This document shows positions 27,396 to 36,824 of a DNA stretch of 64,000 bases, one piece after another. The notes under the pieces were generated by a model. The model was given only the letters and a program-made list of their open reading frames with translations. It had not been told where the DNA came from and did no database searches. The translations under genes and the position numbers were made by a program. The DNA comes from an uncultured Clostridia bacterium (GTDB lineage Bacteria; Bacillota; Clostridia; TANB77; CAG-465): assembly GCA_947632635.1 (NCBI GenBank), contig CANRQA010000002.1:5-64004 (forward strand), read 5' to 3'. Numbering within the stretch: the first letter of the stretch is position 1; each line of letters begins with the position of its first letter.

Positions 27396-28445
27396 ATGTC
27401 AAAAATTAGTGTAAGTAAAAAACAAATTGAATATTGTGAGGCAATTATATATATATTATTAATTATTGTAGTTATATTTTCAAACGTTTATGGAAATATA
27501 TATATAAAAATGATACCACTTTTAATTATTTTAGGTATTGTTGGAAATATATTATTTAAAAGAAGTGTGACTACAACAGTATTTAGTATGCTTGTTGCAA
27601 TGTGTATTGTACATGTAAGAACGCATAGTGGGATACTTGAAAATTTAATGATTAGTGCTTTACTTGCACTTGATGTTGCAATGGGAGAGTTCTTAGGTGA
27701 ATATATAAAAAAATCATATAAGTACTTAAAATCAAAAGAAAAATCAAGTAAAACTTCACTCATAACTTATTTATATACTGTAATAATATTATTACTTGCT
27801 TTGGGTATCAATACTTTTATTAATGGTAATGTTATAAATCTTCAAGTATGTAAGAATTCACTTAACAAATACCTAAAAGAAAATTATAGTAATTACAAAG
27901 ATTATGAAATAACTGATATTAAATATACTTTTGGAATAGATAGAAAATATACTTTTATAGTAGAAAACTTAAAAAGAAATGAACAGAAAAAATATACTAT
28001 ATTCCTAAAAAATAAAGATGTTGTAGTAGATGAGTATAAATCTCAAACTTTAGCAGAAAATAATAATAAATTAACAGAACAACTAAAAGAATTTATTAAT
28101 ACTTTAAATACAAAAGATATATATTCAAATCTAAATTTATCTGCTGAATATATAGATGATGTAACTTTTAAAATAGTTATAAAAGAAGAAGTAAATAAAA
28201 TTACAGATATAGAAAAAGAAGAATTTGCAAAAGAAATAGTTAACTTCCTTGAAGATATAAAAAAATTCAGTAAATATGATAATTTAGAAACTCTTTCAAT
28301 AACAATTGATAATATAAACGATAACCAAGACATAATATCTTCAGACATCTTTATTGAGGGGTATGAAAATAATATAAAAAATAGTAAGGAAGAACCATAT
28401 AAATATATATTAAAATCTTTAATGATTGAGTATATTTCATATTAA
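27396..28445 (+). CDS. Polytopic membrane protein, unknown function
   Basis: 349-aa ORF. About 5 N-terminal TM segments, then a Lys/Glu/Asn-rich soluble domain. Confidence 0.55.
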   Translation: MSKISVSKKQIEYCEAIIYILLIIVVIFSNVYGNIYIKMIPLLIILGIVGNILFKRSVTTTVFSMLVAMCIVHVRTHSGILENLMISALLALDVAMGEFLGEYIKKSYKYLKSKEKSSKTSLITYLYTVIILLLALGINTFINGNVINLQVCKNSLNKYLKENYSNYKDYEITDIKYTFGIDRKYTFIVENLKRNEQKKYTIFLKNKDVVVDEYKSQTLAENNNKLTEQLKEFINTLNTKDIYSNLNLSAEYIDDVTFKIVIKEEVNKITDIEKEEFAKEIVNFLEDIKKFSKYDNLETLSITIDNINDNQDIISSDIFIEGYENNIKNSKEEPYKYILKSLMIEYISY

Positions 28446-28460
28446 TAAACGGAGGATAAA

Positions 28461-29369
28461 ATGGCAAGTAAAGAAAGTACAAGTGAGCATAGAAGACTAT
28501 CATTAATATCAGATATTATAATTTTTCTTTTCATTGTTTTTGTATCTATACTTTTAATTGAAAAATTAGGTAATGATTATAATTTAACTGAAGAAGTAGA
28601 GGATGTATTTTCTCTAAGCACTAATGATTCAGAAAGTAGAGATTTAATAGAATATGAAAATAAACAATTAGTAAATAACATAAAGAAAAAGTATGGCATA
28701 ACAGTGTTATATGCAAAAGATGTAAAAGACTTTGCTATGAGGCTTGATGCGACCGAACAAAATGATTTATATATAGTAAATAATAATTTGAAAATTATAG
28801 AAAAGGCATTAGAAAAATATCCAGTTTCTGCTTTTAATATGTCTATATATAAAACTAACCCTATATATATTATGCTTGTTGATAGTTTTAATAATGATAA
28901 TTTAGCACTTGCATCAAGAAATAGTTTAAATGAATATAGGATGTATATTAGTAATACTGAAAAATTTGAAAGAGCTTTTCATCATGAGATGTATCATATT
29001 CTAGAGTATTTTATGGCATCAAATGATAGTAATATATACTATGCTTGGAATGATTTAAATCCAGTAGGATTTAAATATAATGAAGATATTTCAAAACTTA
29101 ATAAAGATTATGTATATATAAAAGCAGATAATGAGAAAAATGAAGAATTGGATAATCCTTACTTTTTAACAAAATATTCAAAAACAACTCCAAAAGAGGA
29201 TAGAGCAGAAATATTTGCTGAACTTATGAGCTTAAATGAGATACCAAATTACCTTGAATATGGCAAAAATATTAGAAAAAAAGTTGATATGATAACATCT
29301 ACTATTGATGAAACAGTTACACATGATAATTTTTATTTTAATAAGTTTTTGGAAAAAAGTAGTTTTTAA
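28461..29369 (+). CDS. Membrane-anchored protein with HExxH motif (putative zinc metallopeptidase)
   Basis: SD ACGGAGGA; N-terminal TM; FHHEMYHILEY contains HExxH. Confidence 0.45.
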   Translation: MASKESTSEHRRLSLISDIIIFLFIVFVSILLIEKLGNDYNLTEEVEDVFSLSTNDSESRDLIEYENKQLVNNIKKKYGITVLYAKDVKDFAMRLDATEQNDLYIVNNNLKIIEKALEKYPVSAFNMSIYKTNPIYIMLVDSFNNDNLALASRNSLNEYRMYISNTEKFERAFHHEMYHILEYFMASNDSNIYYAWNDLNPVGFKYNEDISKLNKDYVYIKADNEKNEELDNPYFLTKYSKTTPKEDRAEIFAELMSLNEIPNYLEYGKNIRKKVDMITSTIDETVTHDNFYFNKFLEKSSF

Positions 29370-29480
29370 GAAAGCTACTTTTTTCTTTTAACAAGTAAAC
29401 TTTACAATATAAATATTATTAAATTACTTTACATATAACTATTCAAGTGGTATAATTTAAGTGTATTTTTGAGGTGTTTT

Positions 29481-31145
29481 ATGAGAAAAAATCAATTATT
29501 AGTGCTAATAGCACTATTATTTGTGATGATATATATTCTATTTAGTAATACAGTTTTAGGTGCAGAAGAAGAGCAAAATGTTGATGTAAATCAAGAAACT
29601 GTAGATGACAAAGTAGAGGAAAAACAAAAAGATGAAGTGTTACAAAACATTCAAGACTATATATCAGCAATAAGAGAAGAAATATCTAATATGGATAAAA
29701 AGCTAAATAGTTTAAAAAGCAAAAAAGAGTACACAAATTATCCTGCTATTAGGTTAAATATTGATACGCCTATGTTTGGACTAGTATCTATTGCAAACCA
29801 AAAATTAAAAATAACAAATGAAGTATCTGCTATTGATATTGCAAGAGGTTATTCTATTAGAGATATTATAAAAAGTAATAGCTTAAAAGTGCCAAGTTTT
29901 AGTGTAGTTTCAATTGTCGTTATAACAAGAGATATAAAATTAAATAAAGATATTAGTTTATCCGATGCAAATACAGCAATTTTAAAATTAACAGAGTATG
30001 TAAATCAAGTTGAGTCAGTAAACGATTTCCTAGATACACAAATTAGTAAAATATATGGTGGATATATTCCTAAAGATAAGGCAGATACAATTAATGAGTT
30101 AAAAACTAAATTATCAAATTTTAGTAGTAAACTTAATAAGCTTGATGAAAATATAATTTATACTTATGTACTAAACTCAAAAAATGAAACAGTATCAAGT
30201 TATATAGATAAATTTTTGGAATTTAGTAAAGATATATATAACGCAAATAATTCTTTAGAAAATGTTTTAATAGAGGATAAAGAGTTAGATAATATAAAAA
30301 CTAAAGTAGATGAATTAGAAGTTAATATAGATAAATTTGAAAAAGAAGTAGAAGAGTATATATCAAATACATCAAAGGATATTAATATAGAAAATGTATT
30401 GTTAAATTATAGAAATTATGTTGTAAGCATAAGAGATAATATAAAAAAATATATAGATGAATCTACAAAAAAAGATGAAAGTAAAAACAGTGAAAATAGT
30501 GATAATAAAGAAAATTTAGAAACTACTCAAACTGAACAAGATGTTAATAACGCTGAGATTCAAAATTCATATATACAAAATGAAAATGTTACTATTTTTT
30601 ATGAAGTAATATCTGAAAATATATTAGATTATATGAATTCTACTATTGAATATGTTGATAGTAAAATAAAAGAAATATTAGGAGAAAGTGTTTTAAATAA
30701 TATAAAAGGAATACCAGAAAATACACCTGAAGAAGTTATAAATAAAGGTGATGTAATTGGTATGGCAGAAAAAGAGTTAACTCAAGAAGAAAAAGAAGCT
30801 CTTATCTATGAACTTGCAAAAAAATATAAAGAAATTGTTTCAAAAGATTATTCTTTTTATATAGATAATATGAATTTCCTTTTAAAAGATACCAAAGAAA
30901 AAGTGTCAGCACTTTCAAAACAGACAGAGGCAAATGTTTTAATTAGTTTAAAATATGTATATTTAGAGTTACCAAAATTTTTAGATAAAAATTTAGATTT
31001 GTATAATGAAGATAATGTAGTAATTGAAACAGAAACTTTTGCCTCAAAGCTAAAAACTGAACTAAATAAATTATGTGATACTGCAAAAACAGTAAATAAA
31101 ATATATGATGAAAAGAAAAAAGCAAATGAAATAAAAGGAAGTTAA
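29481..31145 (+). CDS. Secreted coiled-coil protein, unknown function
   Basis: ATG 29481 behind GAGGTG. Signal-peptide-like MRKNQLLVLIALLFVMIYILFSNTVLGA. Long Glu/Lys/Asn-rich helical sequence. Confidence 0.55.
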   Translation: MRKNQLLVLIALLFVMIYILFSNTVLGAEEEQNVDVNQETVDDKVEEKQKDEVLQNIQDYISAIREEISNMDKKLNSLKSKKEYTNYPAIRLNIDTPMFGLVSIANQKLKITNEVSAIDIARGYSIRDIIKSNSLKVPSFSVVSIVVITRDIKLNKDISLSDANTAILKLTEYVNQVESVNDFLDTQISKIYGGYIPKDKADTINELKTKLSNFSSKLNKLDENIIYTYVLNSKNETVSSYIDKFLEFSKDIYNANNSLENVLIEDKELDNIKTKVDELEVNIDKFEKEVEEYISNTSKDINIENVLLNYRNYVVSIRDNIKKYIDESTKKDESKNSENSDNKENLETTQTEQDVNNAEIQNSYIQNENVTIFYEVISENILDYMNSTIEYVDSKIKEILGESVLNNIKGIPENTPEEVINKGDVIGMAEKELTQEEKEALIYELAKKYKEIVSKDYSFYIDNMNFLLKDTKEKVSALSKQTEANVLISLKYVYLELPKFLDKNLDLYNEDNVVIETETFASKLKTELNKLCDTAKTVNKIYDEKKKANEIKGS

Positions 31146-31165
31146 TTTAAAGGGGTATATTATAT

Positions 31166-32965
31166 ATGTTTTGTGACATTACAAGGCAAGAATTGCTAAG
31201 TGTAGAAAAACCAGCACGTTATGTTGGTGGCGAGTATAATCAAGTAATAAAAGATTTAAAATATATAAAATGTAGGTTTGCATTTTGTTTTCCAGATGTA
31301 TATGATGTAGGTATGTCTAATCTTGGTATGAAAATATTATATAATGTACTTAATAAAAGAAAAGATACATGGTGTGAAAGAGTATTTGCACCATGGCCTG
31401 ATTTTGAAGAACTATTAAGAAAAAAACATGAAAAACTTTATGCTTTAGAGTCAAAGGATACACTTGATAAATTTGATATAGTTGCATTTACATTACAATA
31501 TGAGATGAGTTATACTAATGTATTAAATATGTTAGAACTTGCAAATATTCCAGTGTTTGCAAGTAAGAGAGATGAAACACATCCATTTGTTTTTGCAGGT
31601 GGACCTAGTGCTTGTAATCCAGCTCCTATGTCAAAGTTTATAGATGTATTTATGCTTGGCGATGGAGAAGAATTAATTGATTTAATAACTGAAAAATATG
31701 TAGAGTGGAAAGAGAAAAAATTACCTAAAATAGAGTATTTAAAAAGTATAAAGGATATTAAAGGAATATATATTCCACTACTTCATACAAAAAATGAAAT
31801 AATAGAAAAAGTTATAATAAAAGATATGGATAATGTGCTATATCCAACTGATTTTGTTGTACCTAATACTGAAATAATACAAAATAAAATATCTCTTGAA
31901 GTTTTTCGTGGTTGTACTAGAGGGTGTAGATTTTGTCAAGCGGGGTATATATATAGACCAGTAAGAGAAAAAAGTGTAGATGTACTTGTAAATCAAGCCA
32001 AAAAATCAATAGAAAATACTGGTTTAAATGAGGTTACTTTGTGTTCTTTAAGTACAATAGATTATCCTCATTTTAATGAACTTGCAGAAAAACTTATTAA
32101 ACTATTTGAAAAGAAAAAAGTTGGTTTAAGTTTGCCGTCTATAAGGATTGATGCTGTAGATGTAGATATATTAAAAAAAGTACAAGCTGTAAGGAAAAGT
32201 TCACTTACATTTGCACCAGAGGCAGGTTCACAAAGATTAAGAGATGTTATAAACAAGAATATAACTAAAGAAGAAATTTTAAATGGGTGTAAACTTGCAT
32301 TTGAAAATGGTTGGAATAATATTAAGTTATATTTTATGATAGGACTTCCAACAGAAACTTATGAAGATTTAGAAGAAATTGTAAATCTTGCAAATAGTAT
32401 TGTAGAATTATATTATAGTATGCCAAGTAGAAAACAAAGTGGCAAATGTAATGTAACAGTTGCAACATCTACGTTTGTACCAAAACCACATACACCGTTT
32501 CAGTGGTGTGCACAAAATACATTAGATAAAATAGAATTAAAGCAAAAATATTTAAAAGAAAAATTAAATAATAAATATATAAAATATAATTGGCATAATC
32601 CATTTATTAGTAGGTTAGAAGCAGCTATTTCTCGTGGTGATGAAAAAATTGCAGATGTTATATATGAGGCATTTAAAAATGGAGCAAGATTTGATAGTTG
32701 GGAAGAAAGACTTAATGTTAACGCATGGGAAAAAGCATTTAAAAAAGTTAAAGTAAATATAGAAGATTATGCAAATAAAGAATATAGTTTAGATACTGTA
32801 TTTCCATGGGATAATATAATGCATGGCGTAAGTAAAGAGTTTTTGATACGTGAATATAATAAAGCAGTGGAACAAAAAACTACACCAAAGTGTTCATTAA
32901 AATGTGCTTCATGTGGTGTTACAAAAATTGCAGAGTGTAAATTTATAAATAATAAAAGAAACTAG
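31166..32965 (+). CDS. Radical SAM protein (TIGR03960-like, B12-binding-like N-domain)
   Basis: CTRGCRFCQAG is a CxxxCxxC cluster motif; 599 aa. Confidence 0.8.
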   Translation: MFCDITRQELLSVEKPARYVGGEYNQVIKDLKYIKCRFAFCFPDVYDVGMSNLGMKILYNVLNKRKDTWCERVFAPWPDFEELLRKKHEKLYALESKDTLDKFDIVAFTLQYEMSYTNVLNMLELANIPVFASKRDETHPFVFAGGPSACNPAPMSKFIDVFMLGDGEELIDLITEKYVEWKEKKLPKIEYLKSIKDIKGIYIPLLHTKNEIIEKVIIKDMDNVLYPTDFVVPNTEIIQNKISLEVFRGCTRGCRFCQAGYIYRPVREKSVDVLVNQAKKSIENTGLNEVTLCSLSTIDYPHFNELAEKLIKLFEKKKVGLSLPSIRIDAVDVDILKKVQAVRKSSLTFAPEAGSQRLRDVINKNITKEEILNGCKLAFENGWNNIKLYFMIGLPTETYEDLEEIVNLANSIVELYYSMPSRKQSGKCNVTVATSTFVPKPHTPFQWCAQNTLDKIELKQKYLKEKLNNKYIKYNWHNPFISRLEAAISRGDEKIADVIYEAFKNGARFDSWEERLNVNAWEKAFKKVKVNIEDYANKEYSLDTVFPWDNIMHGVSKEFLIREYNKAVEQKTTPKCSLKCASCGVTKIAECKFINNKRN

Positions 32966-32982
32966 AAATAGGTGAGATTGTT

Positions 32983-33444
32983 TTGGATAAAAAAGATAAG
33001 GAAAAAAGCAAGGTATCTATAAAAAATAGAGATATAAATTTTAAATATGAGATAAAAGAAAAGCTAGAGTGTGGTATTGAATTAAAAGGAACTGAGGTTA
33101 AATCAATACGAAAAGGTAATGCTAATTTGAAAGATACTTTTGCATTAATTAGAAATGGCGAGCTTGTTTTAAAGAATATGTATATTGCACCATATGAAAT
33201 GGGAAATATTAATAATGTTGACCCAGTAAGAAATAGAAGGTTACTTATACATAAAAAAGAACTTTTAAAACTACAAAATAGCATAAAGCAGGGAGGCTAT
33301 ACCTTAATTCCAAGTAGGATATATACAGTAGGAAGATGGGTAAAAGTTGAAATGTGTTTATGTGTTGGTAAGAAGTTATATGATAAAAGAGAAAGCCTAA
33401 AAGAAAAAGAACAAAAAAGACAAATGAATGCTTTTAAAAGATAA
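32983..33444 (+). CDS. smpB: SsrA-binding protein SmpB
   Basis: TTG start. GIELKGTEVKSIR, NMYIAPY, RNRRLLIHKKE, C-terminal basic tail. Confidence 0.9.
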   Translation: MDKKDKEKSKVSIKNRDINFKYEIKEKLECGIELKGTEVKSIRKGNANLKDTFALIRNGELVLKNMYIAPYEMGNINNVDPVRNRRLLIHKKELLKLQNSIKQGGYTLIPSRIYTVGRWVKVEMCLCVGKKLYDKRESLKEKEQKRQMNAFKR

Positions 33445-33472
33445 TAAAAAAGCAATTTTTAAATTAATAGTA

Positions 33473-33502
33473 GGGGTGTGATTTATTTTTAAATTACACC
33501 CC
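33473..33502. terminator. Hairpin between convergent smpB and fic
   Basis: GGGGTGTGATTT-N6-AAATTACACCCC; poor T-run on either strand. Confidence 0.4.
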
Positions 33503-33520
33503 AACAAATATTATATAGTC

Positions 33521-34175
33521 TTAAAAACTAATTCCGTCGATACAATTATCATAAATAAATTGTTTAATCTTACTCATATTATTTGTATTATAATAATCAG
33601 TTAAAAGTAAATTAAATTCTTCTAAATGTTTATCTGACACTTTTATAATACCACATCCATTTTCTATCATTATTTTATTTGCACAAATTGTACTAGTTCT
33701 TTTATTACCATCCCAAAAAAGTTGACTTCTCATACCGTATAGCATATATTCAATAGCTTTTTCAGTTACATTTGATATACTTAATATGTTTTCTATTTCA
33801 GCTTCAACTTGTTCCTTTTGCTTTATTGGTGGAATATAATCTGTGCCAGTGATTTCAACTTTACCGTGTCCTTAAAGTACCCCACTTTATACTTTCATTA
33901 TGACTTACAAATGAATTTACTTTGCATACAAAATCAAGGTTAAAAGGCACTGATATGTTATCAATAACGTATTTCCAAGCATCTCTTAAATTTAAGATAC
34001 ATACAATCTCATCTAATTTTAAATTTGGAACATTAATACCCTCTAAAATTTTCTTAATTTGCTCAAAAGTAGCATTAATACCTTCCATTTTAGCATTAGC
34101 ATATATATTATCTATTAGATTTTTTCTTGCAAGAAATATATTTTGTTCCAAAGTCATATTATATTTATTTTCCAT
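33521..34175 (-). pseudogene. Fic/DOC-family gene with degenerate active-site motif and a +1 frameshift (plus-strand nt 33866)
   Basis: The upstream ORF ends ..KWGTLRTR*. Removing one C on the coding strand gives ..GTLRTGKVEITGTDYIPPIKQ.. and joins ORF 33521-33745. The Fic motif reads QLFWDGNKRTST instead of HPFxDGNGRxxR. Confidence 0.7.
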
Positions 34176-34257
34176 ATTAATTCCTCATTTCTATAGTAAT
34201 TATATAATATATAGTTAAAAAAATCAATAAAAACAAAAATAGTTCTTGCAATCTTAT

Positions 34258-34545
34258 TTAATAGCTATTTGTTGCTATATTTGAGTTTGTATTTTGATTT
34301 ATACTTGAATTGTTGGTATTTTGAGTACCAACATTAGAATTATTATTTTCATTATTGCAACAAATTGCCTCACAATCACTTGCTACCCCTGACATAGAAA
34401 GTAAATTTTGAGCAATAACTTGAAGTAAATTGCCCAGTATATCTTGTTCTGTAAGTGTTAAGTCTTTAGCTAATGTTATTGCAACTAAAGCACCAAAAAG
34501 TACGACATTGTTTCCTACATTTTCACATATATTACATTTATTCAT
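34258..34545 (-). CDS. Small cysteine-containing protein with Asn/Gln/Thr-rich tail (third gene of a Cys-rich trio)
   Basis: 95 aa. CNIC near the N-terminus, DCEAICC, hydrophobic helical core. Starts 9 nt after the previous stop. Confidence 0.5.
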   Translation of the reverse strand: MNKCNICENVGNNVVLFGALVAITLAKDLTLTEQDILGNLLQVIAQNLLSMSGVASDCEAICCNNENNNSNVGTQNTNNSSINQNTNSNIATNSY

Positions 34546-34554
34546 ATGCTACTC

Positions 34555-34851
34555 CTATGTATTACTTGTAACACTACCGCTTATTGTAAGTAAATGATGT
34601 TTACATCTATTTGGTAAGCAAATTTGAGTTTCAAATGTAGTAAATATTTGCCTTATAATAGTTTCCGTTCCATTTTGTATTAAAACTGTAAAATATCTGC
34701 TATTTGCTTGTATAATATTTACAACATAACCACACTGTAATTCTATAGTTTGGTTTGTATTTGTTATAGTAAGCATTTTTTGTCTGCAACAACTCGAACA
34801 ATTATCTCTAACGCAGTCTTCAATAGTTATATTAACTATGAAACCATCCAT
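34555..34851 (-). CDS. Small cysteine-rich beta-type protein (possible spore-surface/Ena-DUF3992-like subunit)
   Basis: 98 aa. N-terminal CxxxxCxxCC, C-terminal CLPNRC. SD AGGAGGAG upstream. Confidence 0.5.
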   Translation of the reverse strand: MDGFIVNITIEDCVRDNCSSCCRQKMLTITNTNQTIELQCGYVVNIIQANSRYFTVLIQNGTETIIRQIFTTFETQICLPNRCKHHLLTISGSVTSNT

Positions 34852-34870
34852 AAAAATCTCCTCCTAAAAA

Positions 34871-35197
34871 TTAGTTTGAACAACAAACAACTGTTGTACC
34901 ACAATCAATTGCAGTTACTCCAACAAAAACTCTTAAATTTCCACCAGTTGTTGGTAAATCGAATATTTTGTATCCACCGCTTGAAATTGTAAAAATTAAA
35001 TTTGGTATTTGGTCCTCATTTGTGATTTGAATTGTAGCATTGTTTCTATTTCCACCTAAAAATTTTATAGAATATCCTAAAGAAAGAGGGATAATGCTAT
35101 TTGTCGCAACATTAGTATAAACATTATCTATTACTTGTGGTATACCATTTAAACATCTTCTTTGTCTAATTGTTAAAGTAAAACAAAAATTGCACAT
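34871..35197 (-). CDS. Small cysteine-rich beta-type protein (possible spore-surface/Ena-DUF3992-like subunit)
   Basis: 108 aa. N-terminal MCNFC..C, C-terminal DCGTTVVCCSN. SD GAGGTG upstream. Confidence 0.5.
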   Translation of the reverse strand: MCNFCFTLTIRQRRCLNGIPQVIDNVYTNVATNSIIPLSLGYSIKFLGGNRNNATIQITNEDQIPNLIFTISSGGYKIFDLPTTGGNLRVFVGVTAIDCGTTVVCCSN

Positions 35198-35220
35198 TTT
35201 GTATCACCTCATTTTATTTA

Positions 35221-35247
35221 AGTATATGAATAAAATATTTGAAATGT
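35221..35247 (-). promoter_or_regulatory. Candidate sigma-K-type promoter for the Cys-rich trio
   Basis: Minus strand reads AC-17 nt-CATATACTTA, compared with the B. subtilis sigma-K consensus AC-N16/17-CATAnnnTA. The motif is short and degenerate. Confidence 0.3.
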
Positions 35248-35267
35248 TACTTTTAAAATATATAAAA

Positions 35268-35299
35268 AAGGATAATAAGCGGTTAAACTTATTATCCTT
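35268..35299 (-). terminator. WG-array cassette terminator T0
   Basis: AAGGATAATAAG-CGGTTAAA-CTTATTATCCTT with an A-run on the plus side (T-run on the minus strand). Confidence 0.8.
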
Positions 35300-35330
35300 T
35301 TACAATATTACAATATTAAAATATTCCTAA

Positions 35331-35513
35331 TTATAGCAAGTCTATTTTAAAATTATAGGCAAAATGATATTTTATTTCAGTAATATCGTTTCTATCAATA
35401 TCAAAAAAAGCAAATGCATTATTAAATTTGACTATAGCAAAATTACGTACAAATTTACCAATATGCTTACCCCTTTCTTCTGCAAATTCATTTACAAAGC
35501 CACTTTTAGTCAT
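35331..35513 (-). CDS. Truncated WG-repeat family member (N-terminal module only, 60 aa)
   Basis: MTKSGFVNEFAEE.. matches the conserved family N-terminus. SD AAAGGAGG. Less than one WG unit. The ORF-track start 35582 is unlikely. Confidence 0.5.
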   Translation of the reverse strand: MTKSGFVNEFAEERGKHIGKFVRNFAIVKFNNAFAFFDIDRNDITEIKYHFAYNFKIDLL

Positions 35514-35570
35514 GTCTTTTAAAGCCTCCTTTAAAATTATTTGAATGATAAAATTATAACCTATAATAAA

Positions 35571-35599
35571 ATTATACCGCAAAAGTCTAATTATGTCAA
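35571..35599 (-). promoter_or_regulatory. sigma-A promoter for the truncated WG gene
   Basis: Minus strand TTGACA-17-TATAAT. Confidence 0.55.
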
Positions 35600-35877
35600 G
35601 TAAATCAGCTTTTATAGTAAAACTTTATATGATTAATTTATAAAGCCTAAAATAAAAACTTTTTAAAATGTCCCAAAAAGGAAATAATAAGTCATAGATG
35701 TGACTTAAATGAGAAAGGTAAATTTAAGAATGAATTGGAAAAGTACAATGTTATTAAAGAATTAGTAGATTATATTGGGAACAAAACAGAGAAAAAGAAT
35801 TAAATATCTCATTTAGTATAGATTTTTTTACCAAAATGGTTTATAATACTCTAAAATAGATAGGAGTGTGAAAAAAT

Positions 35878-36153
35878 ATGACCTATGAATTTGCTAAATA
35901 TCCCGACGGTATATTAGGAGTATTTTCTAGTATTGGAAAAAAGGAAAATGATGAGGAATATATTCGTGTAACTTTTGAAAGACCAACAAAAAATGGGTTT
36001 GATACTTATGTTATTGAACTACCAAGTTATGAAGTTATTTTAGAAGATGGAAATTATTCCAAAAAAGAAAAGGAGAATTTTATGAAAATTGTAAAAAATG
36101 GGTCATCTTTTTTCTTTAAATATGCACGAATAGGGGGATTACAAATTACTTAA
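35878..36153 (+). CDS. Hypothetical protein
   Basis: SD TAGGAGTG; 91 aa; no motif recognised. Confidence 0.45.
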   Translation: MTYEFAKYPDGILGVFSSIGKKENDEEYIRVTFERPTKNGFDTYVIELPSYEVILEDGNYSKKEKENFMKIVKNGSSFFFKYARIGGLQIT

Positions 36154-36417
36154 TATTTAAAAAGCGGATACAAAATATATTTTTGGACTAACGAAAATGA
36201 TGAGCCTATTCATGTTCACATATCGAAAGGAAGTCCGTCACAAAATGCAACTAAAGTTTGGATAACTCAAGTGGGTGGTTGTATTGTTTGTCATAATAAA
36301 AGTAAAATACTTGAAAGAGAGTTAAACATTATTTGTGAGGATATTTCATTACACTATTTTCAAATAGTTGAAATGTGGAAAAATATTCATTCAGGTAATG
36401 TAAAATTTTATTGCTGA
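36154..36417 (+). pseudogene. DUF4160-like ORF without a start codon, in frame with the upstream ORF across a single TAA
   Basis: YLKSGYKIYFWTNENDEPIHVHISKG.. resembles the DUF4160 N-terminus (..Y..D...PPHfH.). There is no ATG/GTG/TTG between the TAA at 36151-36153 and this motif. Confidence 0.35.
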
Positions 36418-36763
36418 TGATTTTTTGAAAAATAAGTGAGGGAGTAGAAATCTTTCACTTATTTTTGTGATTATTTAATTAAATTTTAATACATTTATGT
36501 TGAATAATATAATTAAGGGGAGAGTATGAAGAAAAAGACAAAGTATTGTATATTTAATTATATGAAAGGAAACAAAGATGAAAAAATTCGAAAATATAAT
36601 TAAAGAAAAAGCATAAGAAATTTTAACAGTTTTAAAGTGGTAAATTCAGGTTTACATCATCGTATTAGTCATAGTGCAAGGTTTATAGCATTTTTTAAAA
36701 TAAATATATGTGCTTTTTGCAATTTTTTAGAATTAAATAACCTTGAGTATTAAAATATATAAA

Positions 36764-36795
36764 AAGGATAATAAGCGGTTAAACTTATTATCCTT
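36764..36795 (-). terminator. WG cassette terminator T1
   Basis: Same hairpin AAGGATAATAAG-CGGTTAAA-CTTATTATCCTT. Confidence 0.8.
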
Positions 36796-36824
36796 TTACA
36801 ATATAAAAAATAAATCTAATTATT

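Noticed and set aside
33445-33520. ssrA (tmRNA) immediately downstream of smpB
   Set aside because: Only a 30-nt hairpin beginning GGGGTGTG is present. The region is far too short and lacks tmRNA features.
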